DNA of 63,912 nt, the filler included, from Folioceros fuciformis (taxonomy: Eukaryota): NCBI GenBank assembly GCA_049999805.1. It is 14 parts of 14 records of this genome, joined end to end, with 100 filler letters (N's around TTAATTAATTAA, not from the genome) between each part and the next. Parts side by side here need not be neighbours in the genome. Positions count along the whole stretch, not along the records: positions 12,625 to 14,828 come from JBNGIO010001571.1; positions 14,929 to 20,963 come from JBNGIO010001572.1; positions 21,064 to 23,581 come from JBNGIO010001573.1; positions 23,682 to 27,096 come from JBNGIO010001574.1; 10 more parts are not named here. One strand, given 5' to 3'. The first letter of the stretch is position 1; each line of letters opens with the position of its first letter. The translations under genes and the position numbers were made by a program. Below are positions 14,296 through 27,196 of this stretch, piece by piece. The notes under the pieces were generated by a model. That model was not told where the DNA came from. It ran no database searches and saw only the letters and a list, made by a program, of their open reading frames with translations.

Positions 14296-14928
14296 GAGGA
14301 TCTGCCGGACCAACGGAGGGGCAGAAGAGCGAGAGGAGAAATAGCAAGGGGTGACACGCGAAGGCTAGGAGGAAGCCGCCAGCGGCGTGGAAAACGGAGA
14401 CAGTAAATGCAGGCTAGAATAGGATTTTTTTTAGCGTGCTTTTTTTGGACCTAAGTCGCTCAGAAATGAAGAGCGCAGCTCCCCTGCCTGACAGACTTTA
14501 TGGCAGAAAAACCGCCATCACCGTGTACAAGAGGCCAGTTTGGAGGCCTAAGAAATCAGCAAGCACCAGCCGAACAGTCGACCTTGCAGGGACTTAGCGA
14601 TGGCCGTTGCTGGACAGGAGGTCCAGGCAAGCGAGCGCACGTAGCAACCTAGGGTGCGGGTGTAGGTGGTGGGCGCTCCGTGATCAGGTCCGAGGACGAA
14701 TCGGGAGGAGGAGCCTCGCCGAGTGGGATAGAAGCTCCCCAGCTATCATTGAGGTGGTCACGTGGGGTGGTGTGGGTGTCGGAGCCGAATCCGCGAGTGC
14801 GGAGTGGAAGGGACTCCTCTTCCCTTAGNNNNNNNNNNNNNNNNNNNNNNNNNNNNNNNNNNNNNNNNNNNNTTAATTAATTAANNNNNNNNNNNNNNNN
14901 NNNNNNNNNNNNNNNNNNNNNNNNNNNN

Positions 14929-15389
14929 GCATCCTTATCCGGGATACAAGGTTGGAGAACGCAATGATATGTCAGCCACAGCAGCGGAACATGCACGGGC
15001 GGATCTTTGGGGGCTTTCTAATGCGCCGGGCTTATGAGCTGGCATACTCCACCTGCTACGTGTTCGTGGGAAGCAGGCCTCGCTTTCGGGAAGTGGACCA
15101 TGTGGATTTTCATCGGCCAGTGGACGTTGGCGATCTTCTCAGGTTCAAAGCGCGTGTTCTGTACACAGAAACTGAGAAGCCAGATACGCCCTTGATTCAT
15201 GTGGAAGTGGTGGCTTTCGTCACACAACCGGAGCTGCGTTCCAGTCTGGTTTCCAACACTTTCTACTTCACGTTTACAACTGATGTGGATGGTTCCAAAG
15301 TTCTGGTTCGCCGAGTGTTGCCTGCCACGGAAGAGGAAGCCCGCACCTACCTTCTCCGTTATGACGCTGACCACCCCGAGAAGGTTTAG
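14929..15389 (+). CDS. ACOT9: Acyl-CoA thioesterase 9-like (double hotdog fold), 3' part only
   Basis: ILIRDTRLENAMICQPQQRNMHGRIFGGFLMRRAYELAYSTCYVFVGSRPRFREVDHVDFHRPVDVGDLLRFKARVLYT...VSNTFYFTF...VLPATEEEA matches the second hotdog domain of ACOT9-type enzymes. The 5' end is cut by the gap; TAG at 15387-15389. Confidence 0.92.
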
Positions 15390-15740
15390 GGGACATGCCA
15401 CTGGAATTGGGAGCGCCATCAGAGGTCCTCCCCAATTTGTTGTCTTTCCCTCTCACGGCTTTGTGACTCGCTGCAAGAAGCGATGTCTTGAGGTACAGCC
15501 CTGGACAACGGATTCTTATTATGTTTTTCCCCGCCTTCAGCCTTGCTATGCAGGGATCCATGGCAGCAGGTTGCCGGCCTTTAGCCTTCCTGCCTTCAGT
15601 CATGGACTCTGAGCAAGGGAGCGGGTTGACAGTAGGATTTCAAAAATTTCTAATGCTTATCCCATAGGTAGTCGACAGGAGTTTCAAATGAGTACACACT
15701 TAGCTCATGGGTAGTTGAGAGGTCTCGCAAATGCGGGCTT

Positions 15741-15804
15741 GAAAGCTTCTCATTCTTCCTCATTATTCGAAAGCTTCTCATTCTTCCTCATGATTCGAAA
15801 GCTT
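15741..15804. repeat. 28-bp direct tandem duplication (about 2.3 copies)
   Basis: gaaagcttctcattcttcctcat(t/g)attc twice, plus gaaagctt. Confidence 0.85.
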
Positions 15805-16498
15805 TGAACCAGTGAGATATATCGTAAACGGCATGTAGGCGAGCGATGGATAGACAAATGGGAAGGTTCGCTGTCGAGATACGAAATGCACTTCACTCGT
15901 CTTCATGCGCTGAAAGTCCGTGCTTTGCACATGATTTTCGATGATACAAGGTAGCAAGTACTGGTGGGCAAAATTGAACCGTTAACTTGAATCAAAACTT
16001 GCACTCTTTTCTCGTACAGACACATAATGAATGCCGATGTTTGCTGCTCTTCCAGCATGTTTCTCATCGTTGATCTGTTTGAACAAGTTTGAAAGCTCCT
16101 CTTCTCGATGAGCTACGGCTCTTACCAGCCGGTTTATGAGGGCAACCTTTCCTACGTTTCGACTAGTATTGGGTCCCGTTCCGACTTCTGCAACACCCCT
16201 TAGCAAAGCCAGTCACGCGAGGTCCACTGTCACAAGCCTGCAGGCACTTCGACACCACTGTGCTCCAGCCTCCAACCCGTCGGACCTGCAGCCTTGAGAG
16301 CAAGAGAATCGGAGCGGGAGGCGTGTTGCGTTGAGCACAAAACGTGAAACTCTGATGTATTCTCTGAAGCCCACAGCATCCAAAGATGCAGTGGGACACC
16401 TGGTCCAAACACAAACTCTCAGTATCCACAACTCCGTGCACATACAGTCAGCGTTGGTTTCGGACACATAACCAATGGCTAACTAGGGCGGGGCAGTA

Positions 16499-16631
16499 GG
16501 GCATCCTTCATTCAGATGGAGACAAACATATGGAGCAACCCATCCTTCATGTGGCCATGGCTTGGGCCGGGCAAGAGGTATGGTGGGCATCCTGAATGCA
16601 TATGGAGACAAGCATATGGAGCAACCCACCC
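16499..16631. repeat. Imperfect ~47-bp direct repeat, two copies 86 bp apart
   Basis: gggcatccttcattcagatggagacaaacatatggagcaaccca versus gggcatcctgaatgcatatggagacaagcatatggagcaaccca. Confidence 0.7.
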
Positions 16632-17292
16632 ATCTTCAGGACGACAAGGCCAGCGTGTCCTCATGGTGGTCGACGTGGTTTGTTTGAAGAATCACTTCCC
16701 CGCTTTCTTGATGGAGTGGGTCGGGAAGGAAACAAAATCTACATACTGAGCTCTCCAATTGCTTTCTTTGCAACACGGGCATGATGTCCTTGTGACGCAG
16801 GCGCAGGCGCAGGATAATGGCATTGCGCTTTTGTGGACACTTGATCGAATCTACTCGAATTCAGCTAGCTGCATGTTTTGGAAAGAATAGTGTACAATCG
16901 TGTCATCAAAGCAATGACGTCCGTTCTGCAATTGCTACAAGCTTAGGTGACGACTTCTAAGGGTGAGGGGAAGAGTTGAGAGGACTCCATTTCATGAACC
17001 GAACTGCTCGCTCCCAGGGTGAACCCGATACCTGCGGCAAAAGCGAAGAGAAGAGCATGTGATGATAAGGTCTGGGTGGCCTGTCCTTCATCCTTTTGAA
17101 GTGGTGGTGGGTAGGCACATGCAGAAAGACGGACGTAGTGATTACCTGATTTGCGGTTGGTGTGAGGAGGCCGATGTGGGACATACACGGCGAGTGCGGT
17201 GAAGCCTGGGCCTCAGTCACTGCCTTGCTATTTCCTGCAAAGCTCTTGAGGCTGCGTGGGGGCGGCAGACCAAGCTGGTAATTAGTGGAGTG

Positions 17293-20200
17293 TTATCGCC
17301 ATGCAGAGACCCCCATAAGCGGCATGCTTGACCAGCGGAGCCCCAGATATCCGTTGTTGTTGGCCAATGTGTAGTTGTTGGAGTAGTACAGATTGAGCAG
17401 CAGATCCGCCTGGCTCACCGCCCTGCTGCTCAAAGGCACCGGAGAGAAGCCTGCTGCCTCCATCCTCTTAGCCCACTCTGTCATGCTCTCGTGTCTTTCC
17501 ACTCTGTCGGTACCCTCACACGCTATGATGTTCCGGATCTTCTGGGCTGCGAAGAGCTGCTCTATCTTCATGCGAACAGGCGAGTCGTGGGGCAGGGAGG
17601 AGTCGAAAGCATCAAACACTGCCGAGTAGTAGTGCAAGCACGCCATAAACCTGCATAGCCAGCAAAACAAAGTTAGATGCCTGGCTGGGCATGGGTGCAA
17701 TCGAATTGCAAAGGTACTATAGCATGAATGACATCCTGGGTCACCTGGCGGGAAAATGAAGACTGTTGTGATTGCCGTCGTTCTCGGTGAGGGCGAACAC
17801 CTTGGGATTGAGAGAGCGGAGGCCTCGCAGGATTCTGTTGAAGTTATCGTCCCCCTTATGCAGCAGGCAGTGCAGCTGGCAGAAGGAATTCACCACGCAC
17901 ACCTCCCCTCTCCTCAGCTCCAGAAGACGGATGTTGAATTCCTCAAGAGGAACCACGATAGGGCAGTACTCGAGCGGCAGATTGAGCTGCTTAGCGCACT
18001 CCTGCAGAGTCTCCCCAGTATCCTTGAGCTCGTCGTAGCTTGGGCCGACAGCTGAGATTCTGAGATTCGGGGGTCCACCTTCTCTGGTTGCCAGGGCCTG
18101 TGCACGGAGAGAGAGGCATCAAGCTTGAGCCATGTCAGGAAACAGCAACACTTGTGACAACAATTCGCAGTGCTCATATGAATGGGCCGGGAGCAAACAA
18201 GTGTGGAGTGTACAATTGAAGGGTGGGATTCCTATTACTACGACGACACACCTGGAAGAAAGCCGGCCACTGCATTCCATACCACATGTGCAGGTCGATG
18301 AGATGCACATTGCGGTCGTTCTCGATCGCATCCAGCAGGACCTGGTTGGAGGTGAGGTGGCCAAACTTGCCGTTAGGGATGCAGTCGTAGAGCACGCTGA
18401 GGGCCTCCAGCTTCTCCGTTTTGGGGACGGACTTGTCGCCATGCAGGCCCCGGAAGAGATCCGAGCGCGTCTTGCGCGTGACGCGGGCGGCCAGGGCCTC
18501 GGCAAAGTAGGCGGCCAGGCGCTGGATGGGGCTCCCCAGGGGAGCCACCAGCGTGCTGAGCCGCTCCAATAGCACGTGCGCCAGCTCCATGTTGTCTTCC
18601 GCCACAGCCTCGGCGCAGGCCAGTAGCAGGCGCACCAGCTGCAGCCCCATGGCCATGACGGCCGGGTCGGGCACAGCGGCCGACATGACGGAGCCCGCCA
18701 CATCCTGCAGCTCCATCCCCCCGCTGTTAGGCGCATTGGGATTGTGGGTCCGGTAGAGGTGCGCGGGCCGGTACTGCAGGGAGTTGGAGGAGACCTGGAG
18801 GGGGAGGAATTCCGGCGCCTGCCCCAGCTGCTGGTAAGAATTGGAAGCAGGCTTGTGCTGGGCATGCGGATGCGGATGCGCGCGCTGCCCCAGCAGGGAT
18901 CCCGCCGGGAACGACATGCTGTGGGAGAGGTAAGAATTCCCCGTAGCTCCGGCCCCCAGGGGACTCGGGGCGTGGCTGGTGCTGGTGCTGGTGCCGCTGC
19001 TGCCCTGCCCTCGCTGCGACGGCAGCGAATTGCTGCGGTTGAGCTGCCCCCCCATATCCCCCAGCTGCAGCAGCGGCTGGGAGGCCGGGAGCTGCTGTAG
19101 GTTGGGCAGCGAGTGGGAGCTCAGGAACCCCCTGCCGTAGCCTGGGCTGGAGGTGGAGGAGCCCGCAGTGGAGGCGGGGGCGAAGGCCTGCACCAGAGCC
19201 AGAGTGGAGGAATTGGACGCCGGCTGGGCCGCCATGAAGTTCACAGACATTTTGTTGCTCTTCAGCTGCGCCAGCGGCTGGGGGTAGTGCTTGTAGCCCG
19301 CACTCCCCGCTGCTCCCCCCGGCCAGGAGGAAGACAGACCGGAGCTTCTCCCCATCCCACCGTCGGAGAGGAAGCCCATCCCTCCCGCTCCCAAGCCCAG
19401 GTGGTGGGCGTGTTGTGGCTGATGCTGCTGCTGCTGCTGCAACTGCAGTGTGGGATTGTCCGAGAGGCCGGTAGAGTAGGGCGAGCTCATCATGCCGCCG
19501 TGGGAGTGTTGTTGGAACCCCAGATCCATCCCGGACGACACGAGAGCGTCCGCCGTGAGCTGGTTCATGGATCCGGAGCCGTCCGGAAGGGGATGGTTCA
19601 TGGTCATGGAGAGCGAATCCAATTCCAGCATCACCGTGTCCCCCTCGGCAGACTCGAATTGGTGGTGATCCAGGGCGGATGTGAATGAAGTGACAGAGTC
19701 CATCCCGTCTCGGAGGTGGAGAATGTTGGGCTCGCTCTCCACCTTCACCATCCTGCCCCCGGCGCCTAGGCCCCCCATACGCAAATTCACGTTGCTGCCG
19801 TAGATCCTCATGAACTCCTTCTCCAGCTCGTCCACCTCCGAGGCCGCGCCCTTGCTCCCCACGTTCATCCACTGATCGGGCTGCTGCGAGGAGAACACTC
19901 CGACCCCCGACCCACCCCGGCTACTCATCGCCTCCAGGAACGTGCGATGGTTGTGGTTGTTGTTGCTGCTCCCGCTGCCCAGCCCGGTGGAGTACGCATT
20001 GGAGTCGGACGAGGTGTCCATGAACGTACTCACTACGGGGTTGCTGCTGCTGTAGAGCACTTGTCCCGGATTGTTGGTGTTGCCCAAGACGCTGTGGTTG
20101 TTGTTGGTCGGAGAGACGACGAAGCTGGGCTTGACCCCACCGGAGCAGAAGCTGCTCTTGCTGCGCTGCTGCTGCTGCTGCTCCGATTCCATGTAGGAGA

Positions 20201-20963
20201 AGGAGGGGCTGTGGGTGTCCGGCGCGGCCGTCACCGTGGCGTCCATGAAAGTCGGGGAGGAATCGAGAGCCATCTCCATGAGCGACTGGTACGTGGAAGC
20301 CGCACCAGGAGGCTGCTGCTGCTGCTGTCTTGCGGTGTTGAGCATTTGCATTTGCATCCCCGCCGGCTGCTCCGTTGGATTGGTGCCGAAGAAGGCGTTG
20401 GATCCTGTGGAGGAATTAGGGGCAGCGGTGGCAGGCTGCTGCAGCAGCTCCAACAGAAACTCCTCCATGTCCGAGGACTGCGCGTCCTTGAGGAATGCAT
20501 CCACGTCGTCCACCACACCTCCTCCCCCCGCGGTGTATGGCGAGCTGGGCCTGAATTGGAAGTTGAAGGCAGAGCTTGGGGACGCAGCAGGAGGAGGAGC
20601 AGGAGCATTGACGCTGTTGTTGGGGGACCCGGCTGGGGCTGCAGCCGTGCTCTTCAAGGCTGCGGGAAGCTCCGACTGCGAGGCTGCAGCCGGGGCTGAG
20701 GCGGAGGCATCCCCGGTTGCTACAGCAGCCGCATCGACATCGGAGGCGGGGAGCATGGCGGAGGCATCGTACGCCCCCAGATCTCCGTAGACGGAGAGGG
20801 GAGCGTGGGAGGAGGAGGAGGAGGAATTCATGAGGGGAGGCGGGCTGGGAGCCTGGGTGAGATTGGAAGAAGGGGAGGAGGTGGAGGAGGTGGAGGCGCC
20901 GGTGCAGGAGGAGGGGAAACAGCTGCTACTGGTGGGGAAGGTGCAAGCGGTGGCATTGGAGGA
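17293..20963 (-). CDS. GRAS-family transcription factor (RAM1/RAD1/SCR-related), at least about 1100 aa, 3 exons, 5' end possibly truncated
   Basis: Exons 20831 (frame open to the contig end at 20963)-18252, 18097-17745 and 17650-17293, with GT-AG introns of 154 and 94 bp. Motifs: LHRI GLQLVRLLLACAEAVA...PIQRLAAYFAEALAAR; VHIID-like [33 protein letters not shown]; PFYRE-like RFMACLHYYSAVFDAF; IIACEGTDRVERHE; terminal VSAWR. Confidence 0.93.
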
Positions 20964-21063
20964 NNNNNNNNNNNNNNNNNNNNNNNNNNNNNNNNNNNNN
21001 NNNNNNNTTAATTAATTAANNNNNNNNNNNNNNNNNNNNNNNNNNNNNNNNNNNNNNNNNNNN

Positions 21064-23581
21064 CGTCGACAAGTGCCAATCGCGGCTGGCGAACACCAGT
21101 CCCGCGGACGGGCGAGGCTACGAAGCCGAATCGCGGGCTGTTGTCGCATGTGAAAGTAGATGACGCCAGGCACTGGATTGCAAGTGCCAGAGCACCGACG
21201 TCGAGAGCAAAGACAGGAGCTACTTGGGATCCCGGCCGCAAGGTGGAATCGGATCTCAACGGAGGATTTAGGTTTAACATGTCATCCTAAATTGTGTACA
21301 GAAGAATCGGAACGAGGGTAACAAAATCTACATTACATTTCGACAGTTTCTAACTAGCGTTTTGCTTGATTTGCATCGATTTTGAAACATGGTGTCCTCA
21401 GAAAACGTCATGTTCAAGATCGAGAAGTTAGATGGTACTAACTTCCCGTTCTGGAAAGAACAAGTGTATAATGTTCTAGTGCAGAAGAAGCAAATCAAGC
21501 CGATAAAGTTACTAGGAGTGAAACCTGTTAGCATGACTCAGGATGAGTGGCAGGACCTAGATGAGCTTGCTAGGTCTACGATCATGCTAACATTGTCGAA
21601 GTCGGTCTACTTCAACGTGAAAGACAAGACCACAAGTTACGAGCTATGGCAGAAGTTGCGTGACCTGTACGAGAAGCAAAGTGCGGCTTCTCAGGTGTAC
21701 TGGTTGAAACAGCTGGTGGACTTGAAGATGAAAGAAGGGACAAGGAAGTCCGATCATCTGAACGAGTTCAATACCATTTTCAGCCAGCTCTCATTGCAAG
21801 GTATCTCGTTCCCAGATCCCGTGAGAGCTATGTTTCTATTGGTCACATTACCAGAGAGTTGGGACACGTTTCGTACAGCTCTGAGTAATTCCGCTCCTGC
21901 CAGTGGTCTTACCGTTGTAAATGTAGAAGGTAGTCTGTTAACAAAGGAGGTGAACAGGAAGAATATGGAACCTTCGAAAGGTTCCAATGCCCTCATGGTG
22001 AGAGGAAGGTCCACTTCTAAAGGGAAGAACAAGGAGCGAAGTTCTTCCCGTAGCAAATCTTGTAGTCGTAACAATGTTGAGTGTTACCATTGTCACAAGA
22101 AGGGTCACATCAGGAAGGACTGCGAGAAGTTCAAAAAGGACAAAGGAAAGGAGAAGAAGCAGAGCGACAACAAGGCAAGTCCGAGTACGAAGCCTATCGA
22201 GGTGAATTCTGTTGACGATGGAGATGTTCTTATCTCATCTTCCTTCGATTCTGCACAACTGACAGCCGTAGAGAGTCACTGATTCTCTAATTGGATTTTT
22301 GACTCTGGAGCATCTTTCCATGTTACTCCGCATAGGGAGTGGTTTAGCACCTATGATGCTACTAGGAAAGGATGTGTTCGGCTTGGAAATAACTACGCAT
22401 GCGAGATTGTAGGCGTTGGTGATGTGCAGCTGAAGTTCGACAACGGATCTTCATTCGTACTGAAGGATGTTAGGCATGTTCCGAAGTTGACAAAGAGCAT
22501 GATTAGTGCAGGGCAATTGGATGATGCGGGCTACCACTGTTGGTTTGGAGATCATTCTTGGAAGATCTCCAAAGGTTCTCTTGTGTTAGCTCGTGGAACG
22601 AAGTGTGGCACTTTGTACTCACTTCAGGTAACCACTGTCAAGGATCATGTGATTTGTGTAACGGAACAGCCAAGTGTTTCCTTGTGGCATAATCGGTTAG
22701 GACATATGTCTCAAAAAGGAATGAAGATACTATCTCGTTTTGGTTACGTCCCTGCTTTTGACTTCTCCGATTTCTCCGTGTGTGAGCACTGTTTGTATGG
22801 GAAACAGACAAAGTCACCACATGGAGCAAGAGGTAAACACAAAAGTAAACCTCTTGAGTTGGTTCACAGTGACGTTTGTGGACCTATGCCCACTGTATCA
22901 TTAGGTGGTGCATCCTATTTTGTCACTTTCATAGATGATTTCTCACGCAAGGTGTGGGTTTATCCTTTGAGGAAAAAGGATGATATTCTGACAGTGTTTC
23001 AGAAATTCGTCACCCTTGTGGAGAATCAGTCTGGCCTCCGACTGAAGTGTCTAAGGATAGACAATGGAGGAGAGTATGTCTCGAAGGCTTTCTAGTCATT
23101 CTGCGATTCTAAGGGAATCAAGAGAGAATTGACTGCGCCGTATACTCCTCCCCATAATGGTATGGCTGAACAGATGAACAGGACCATCCAGGAGAGGATG
23201 CGAAGTTTATTGTCAAACTCCGGTTTGCCTAACGGATTTTGGGCAGAAGTAGTGGCTACTGCGGTGCATCTTATTAACAGATCTCCTAATAGGGCTGTGG
23301 ATGAACAGGTTCCAGAGGAGATGTGGTCTGGAAAGAAGCCGTCATACAAGCATCTACGAGTGTTTGGCTGCGAGGCGTACTACCATGTCCCAAAGGAGTT
23401 TCAGGACAAGTTGGCACCCAAGTCCAAGAAATGTATTTTTCTTGGCTATGGTGAATCTGGTGAGATGGGATACCATCTATGGGATCCAGAAGCCAAGAGG
23501 GTGGTTCGCAGCCATGACGTGTTCTTCAATGAGACCAAGATGCACAAAAAGCCTACTCCAACTGTGGAGGTGCGACGGGTG
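21064..23581 (+). mobile_element. Ty1/copia retrotransposon fragment: leader plus gag-protease-integrase (ORF from 21389), with two in-frame stops
   Basis: Gag start KIEKLDGTNFPFWK, zinc knuckle CYHCHKKGHIRKDC, protease WIFDSGASFH, GAG-pre-integrase LWHNRLGH...CEHC, integrase LVHSDVCGP/FIDDFSR/DNGGEY/NGMAE. All in one frame, with TGA at 22280 and TAG at 23093. Confidence 0.96.
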
Positions 23582-23681
23582 NNNNNNNNNNNNNNNNNNN
23601 NNNNNNNNNNNNNNNNNNNNNNNNNTTAATTAATTAANNNNNNNNNNNNNNNNNNNNNNNNNNNNNNNNNNNNNNNNNNNN

Positions 23682-26600
23682 TGCTGCCTCTACCTCCAAA
23701 CCCCAGAAGCGCCAAGGTGTTTGTAATTGGTGCCAAATTCCTGGCCATTGGGAGAGGGAGTGTAGAAAGAAGCAAGCTGGTGAGGCCAAGCGAGCGCCCA
23801 AGTCTGCCAACATGGTAGCTACGCCCAAGGCCAAGAATCAGCTTAATTCAGAGATTGCTCTAACAGTGTGCCTTGTCGCATCGGCACACAAGACATCGTG
23901 GCTCCTTGACTCTGCAGCTACTGCTCATATTTGCAGTTCCAAGCGAATGTTTACTACCTATGAGGTGTCTTCTGATCCTCCACGGTATGTACTCTTAGGA
24001 GATGACTCCGGTCTTGCCATTCATGGCATAGGGACGGTGACTTTCAAATTAGACGATGGTTCTATCCTTATTCTGAAGGATGTTCTCTATGTTCCACACA
24101 TGGCCAAGAACCTTATCTCCATTCGGCATCTTATGCAAGATGGTCTTTATAAATTGGAGTTTGTCAAAGCCAGTTGTCTACTCTATCGTTCCTCTCAGCC
24201 ACACAAGGTGGTTGCCAGAGGTTGTCTCCAGAGCGATCTATATATATTTTCTGGCACCCTTGTGTCTTCCTCCAGTGTTTCTGTGGTGGATTCAACTAAG
24301 GCTGCAGTTATTACAAGGCACTCGTCCCCCGGGCAAGCCTTCTTATGGCACTGTCGGCTTGGGCATCTTAACTCTGCCAAGCTTCTTGCCATGTCCATGC
24401 AGGATCTCTACCGTGACAAGCTTCCAGCCTTGGCGAAGACTTACCCATTTTGTGAAGCCTGCGTGTTGGCTAAGCAGCGTAGTGCTCCATACTCTAGTCT
24501 TCCTGCCCACAGAGCTTCTCAGCCCTTGGAACTAGTTCATGTGGATTTGTGTGGACCTCTTCCTGTACTCTCTTTAGGCGGAGCCCGCCATTTTATGACG
24601 ATTGTTGATGATTACTCTCGTTATACCTTTGTGTATCTGCTCCGTCTCAAGAGTGACTCCTTTGCTGTGTTCCAGCCCTTTGTCTCGATGGCCGAGTTGC
24701 ACACAGGGTGCAAGCTGCGGTGCATTCGTTCCGACGATGCGGGGGAACTCAACAGTGGTCTCTTCCAAGCATTCTGTGAAGATAGAGGGATTACTCGCCA
24801 GTTTACAGTCCCTTACACTTCTGCTCAGAATGGTGTTGCGGAGAAGGCCAACGGTGACCTTATGGCCATGGCTAGGGCAATGCTCGCTCAGTCTGGCCTG
24901 CCGAAGTCCTTTTGGGTTGAGGATATCTCCACATCCTCTTATATAAAGAACCGGCTGCTTACGAAGGCTATTGCTGGTCGTACTCCCTTTGAATGCTGGT
25001 TTCGCTATAAGCCTCTTATCTCTCACCTTCGGGTTTTCGGCTCTCCAGCCTATGCCTATGTTCCTTCTCCTTTAAGAGATAAGCTCTCTTCTCAAGCACG
25101 GAAACTTGTGTTTGTTGGCTATGGGGAGGACCGCAAGGCGTATAAGTTAGTTGATACTCAATCTCATACTCCGGTGTATGCTCACACGGTTACTTTTGAT
25201 GAAGGATCTGTGCTGTCTCGTGGCCCTGTTGGGGATGCCGACGAGGATGACAGTTCTCATACTTCTACTCCTCGTCCCCTGGACGATCTATCTGTTTCTT
25301 TTGACCTTCATTCTTCATCCTTTCCGGATGCTTCTGTTCCAGAGGCTCCTTCATCTCAAGCAGCTCCAGATTCTCCGGCTGCTGCTCAAGGGGGGGAAAT
25401 AGAAGAAATTGAAGACAATGAAGATGAAGAACCTGCCGATCCAGTATTCGATCCTCCTAATCCACCTCCTGTACCTGATGTACCTTCAACAGGTGGCAGT
25501 ACAGGGGATAGTGCCCCAGAGCGGCGGTATCCTTCACGTCAAAGACAGCCACGACATTTGTGGGCGGAAAAACCATTTGATTTAGCGTTTAATCAAGCTG
25601 GATATATTGGTGTTGATCCCACTATGTATTCTCTAGCGGTATCCTCTGCTCTTTCAGAGGGAGATCCGCTAACTCTCCGAGAAGCCTACTCTAGGCCGGG
25701 TGGAAGTTAGCTATTGACGATGAGTACAATTCCTTAGTTAAAAATAATACTTGGTAGTTAGTGGATCTTCCTCCAGGAAGGACTACTGTCAAATGTAAGT
25801 GGGTGCTGAAAACCAAGTTTCAAGAGGTAGAGCCCCGCATAAGACACAAAGCAAGGTTGGTCGCTAAGGGTTATAGTCAGCGAGAGGGAGTCGACTATCA
25901 GGGTGACTAGGTTTATTCACCTGTAGTCAAAGCCGCGTCTATAAGGATGCTACTGGCCCTGTGTGCTGAACTTAACCTTACCATCTACCAATTAGATGTT
26001 TGCACAGCCTTTCTGTATGGTCATTTAGAAGAAGAAATCTATATGGATCAGCCTGAGGATTACGAAGATAAGAAATATCCTCATAAGGTGTGTAAACTTC
26101 TACGTTCCATATACGGGCTTAAACAAAGCCCACGTCTTTGGTACAAGCGGATTGATACATATCTCAAGAAGATTGGCTTTGTGCAAAGTGAAGCTGACAC
26201 TAATCTTTATGTACTGCGAAAAGATAGTTCGCTTGTGTTAATAGCTTTGTATGTGGATGACTTAGTCATTCCTGGTACTAATGTAGAGCTGGTTAACCAG
26301 ATCAAGACTGATCTCAGTAAAGAATTTGAGATGAAAGATCTTGGTCAAGTTAAGTATATATTAGGAATGCACGTACATAAAGATAGATCCGCAGGAGCAA
26401 TCTATCTTCATCAAGGGAGATATGTAGCAGGCATGCTGAAGAAGTTTAATTTGGAGAATGCTCGTGCAGCTGCGACTCCAGGTGCTGTTGGTATTAAGCT
26501 GTCCTCGTCGTCATGTCCTCAGTCTGAAGAGGATAAGAAGGAAATGGAAAGTGTGCCTTACAGAATGGCAGTGGGCACTCTCATGTTCCTTAGCAACTAG

Positions 26601-27096
26601 ACGAGACCAGACATATCTAACACTGTGAATGCAGTTGCGCAATTCTCTGAGAATCCAGGTAGAGACCACTGGGTTGCAGTTAAAAGGATAATGCGATACC
26701 TTAAGGGCACTCCTAACTTTGGTCTCTGCTACAAACCTAGCGGGAAGAAGCATTTGCAGCTCAGCTGTTATGTAGATGCAGATTGGGCTTCTGATGCTGA
26801 TACCCGCAAAAGCCTTTCTGCTTATTGTTTTCTGGCTGGTTCCACAGTAATTAACTGGTCTTGCAGGAAACAAGCCTCCATCTCTCTGTCTTCTACAGAA
26901 TCAGAGTATAAGGCATTGATAGAAGCCACAAAGGAAGCTGAGTGGGAAAGGAAACTATGTGAGGATCTGGGAATGCTCCAAAAGGGCCCTACCATCCTCA
27001 ACTGTGATAATATGTCAGCCATTGCTATGGTGGCTAATCCTGTTTTCCCTGCTCGCACTAAGCACATCGAGATCCAACATCATTATGTGAGGGATG
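23682..27096 (+). mobile_element. Ty1/copia retrotransposon fragment: zinc knuckle-protease-integrase-RT-RNase H, degenerate
   Basis: CNWCQIPGHWEREC, WLLDSAATAH, LVHVDLCGP...IVDDYSRY...SDDAGE...NGVAE, RT KARLVAKGYSQREG, LDVCTAFLYG, IYGLKQSPRLW and LYVDDL, RNase H YVDADWA...CDNMSAI...RTKHIEIQHHYVRD. Copia order INT-RT-RH. Frameshift near 25700; TAG stops at 25755, 25908 and 26598. Confidence 0.97.
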
Positions 27097-27196
27097 NNNN
27101 NNNNNNNNNNNNNNNNNNNNNNNNNNNNNNNNNNNNNNNNTTAATTAATTAANNNNNNNNNNNNNNNNNNNNNNNNNNNNNNNNNNNNNNNNNNNN

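Noticed and set aside
15982-16784. Cluster of short ORFs between the thioesterase and GRAS genes
   Set aside because: No motif and no coherent exon chain could be built.
18727-20790. Long overlapping ORFs in other frames and strands (381, 250 and 191 aa)
   Set aside because: These are shadows of the GC-rich GRAS exon with no independent motifs.
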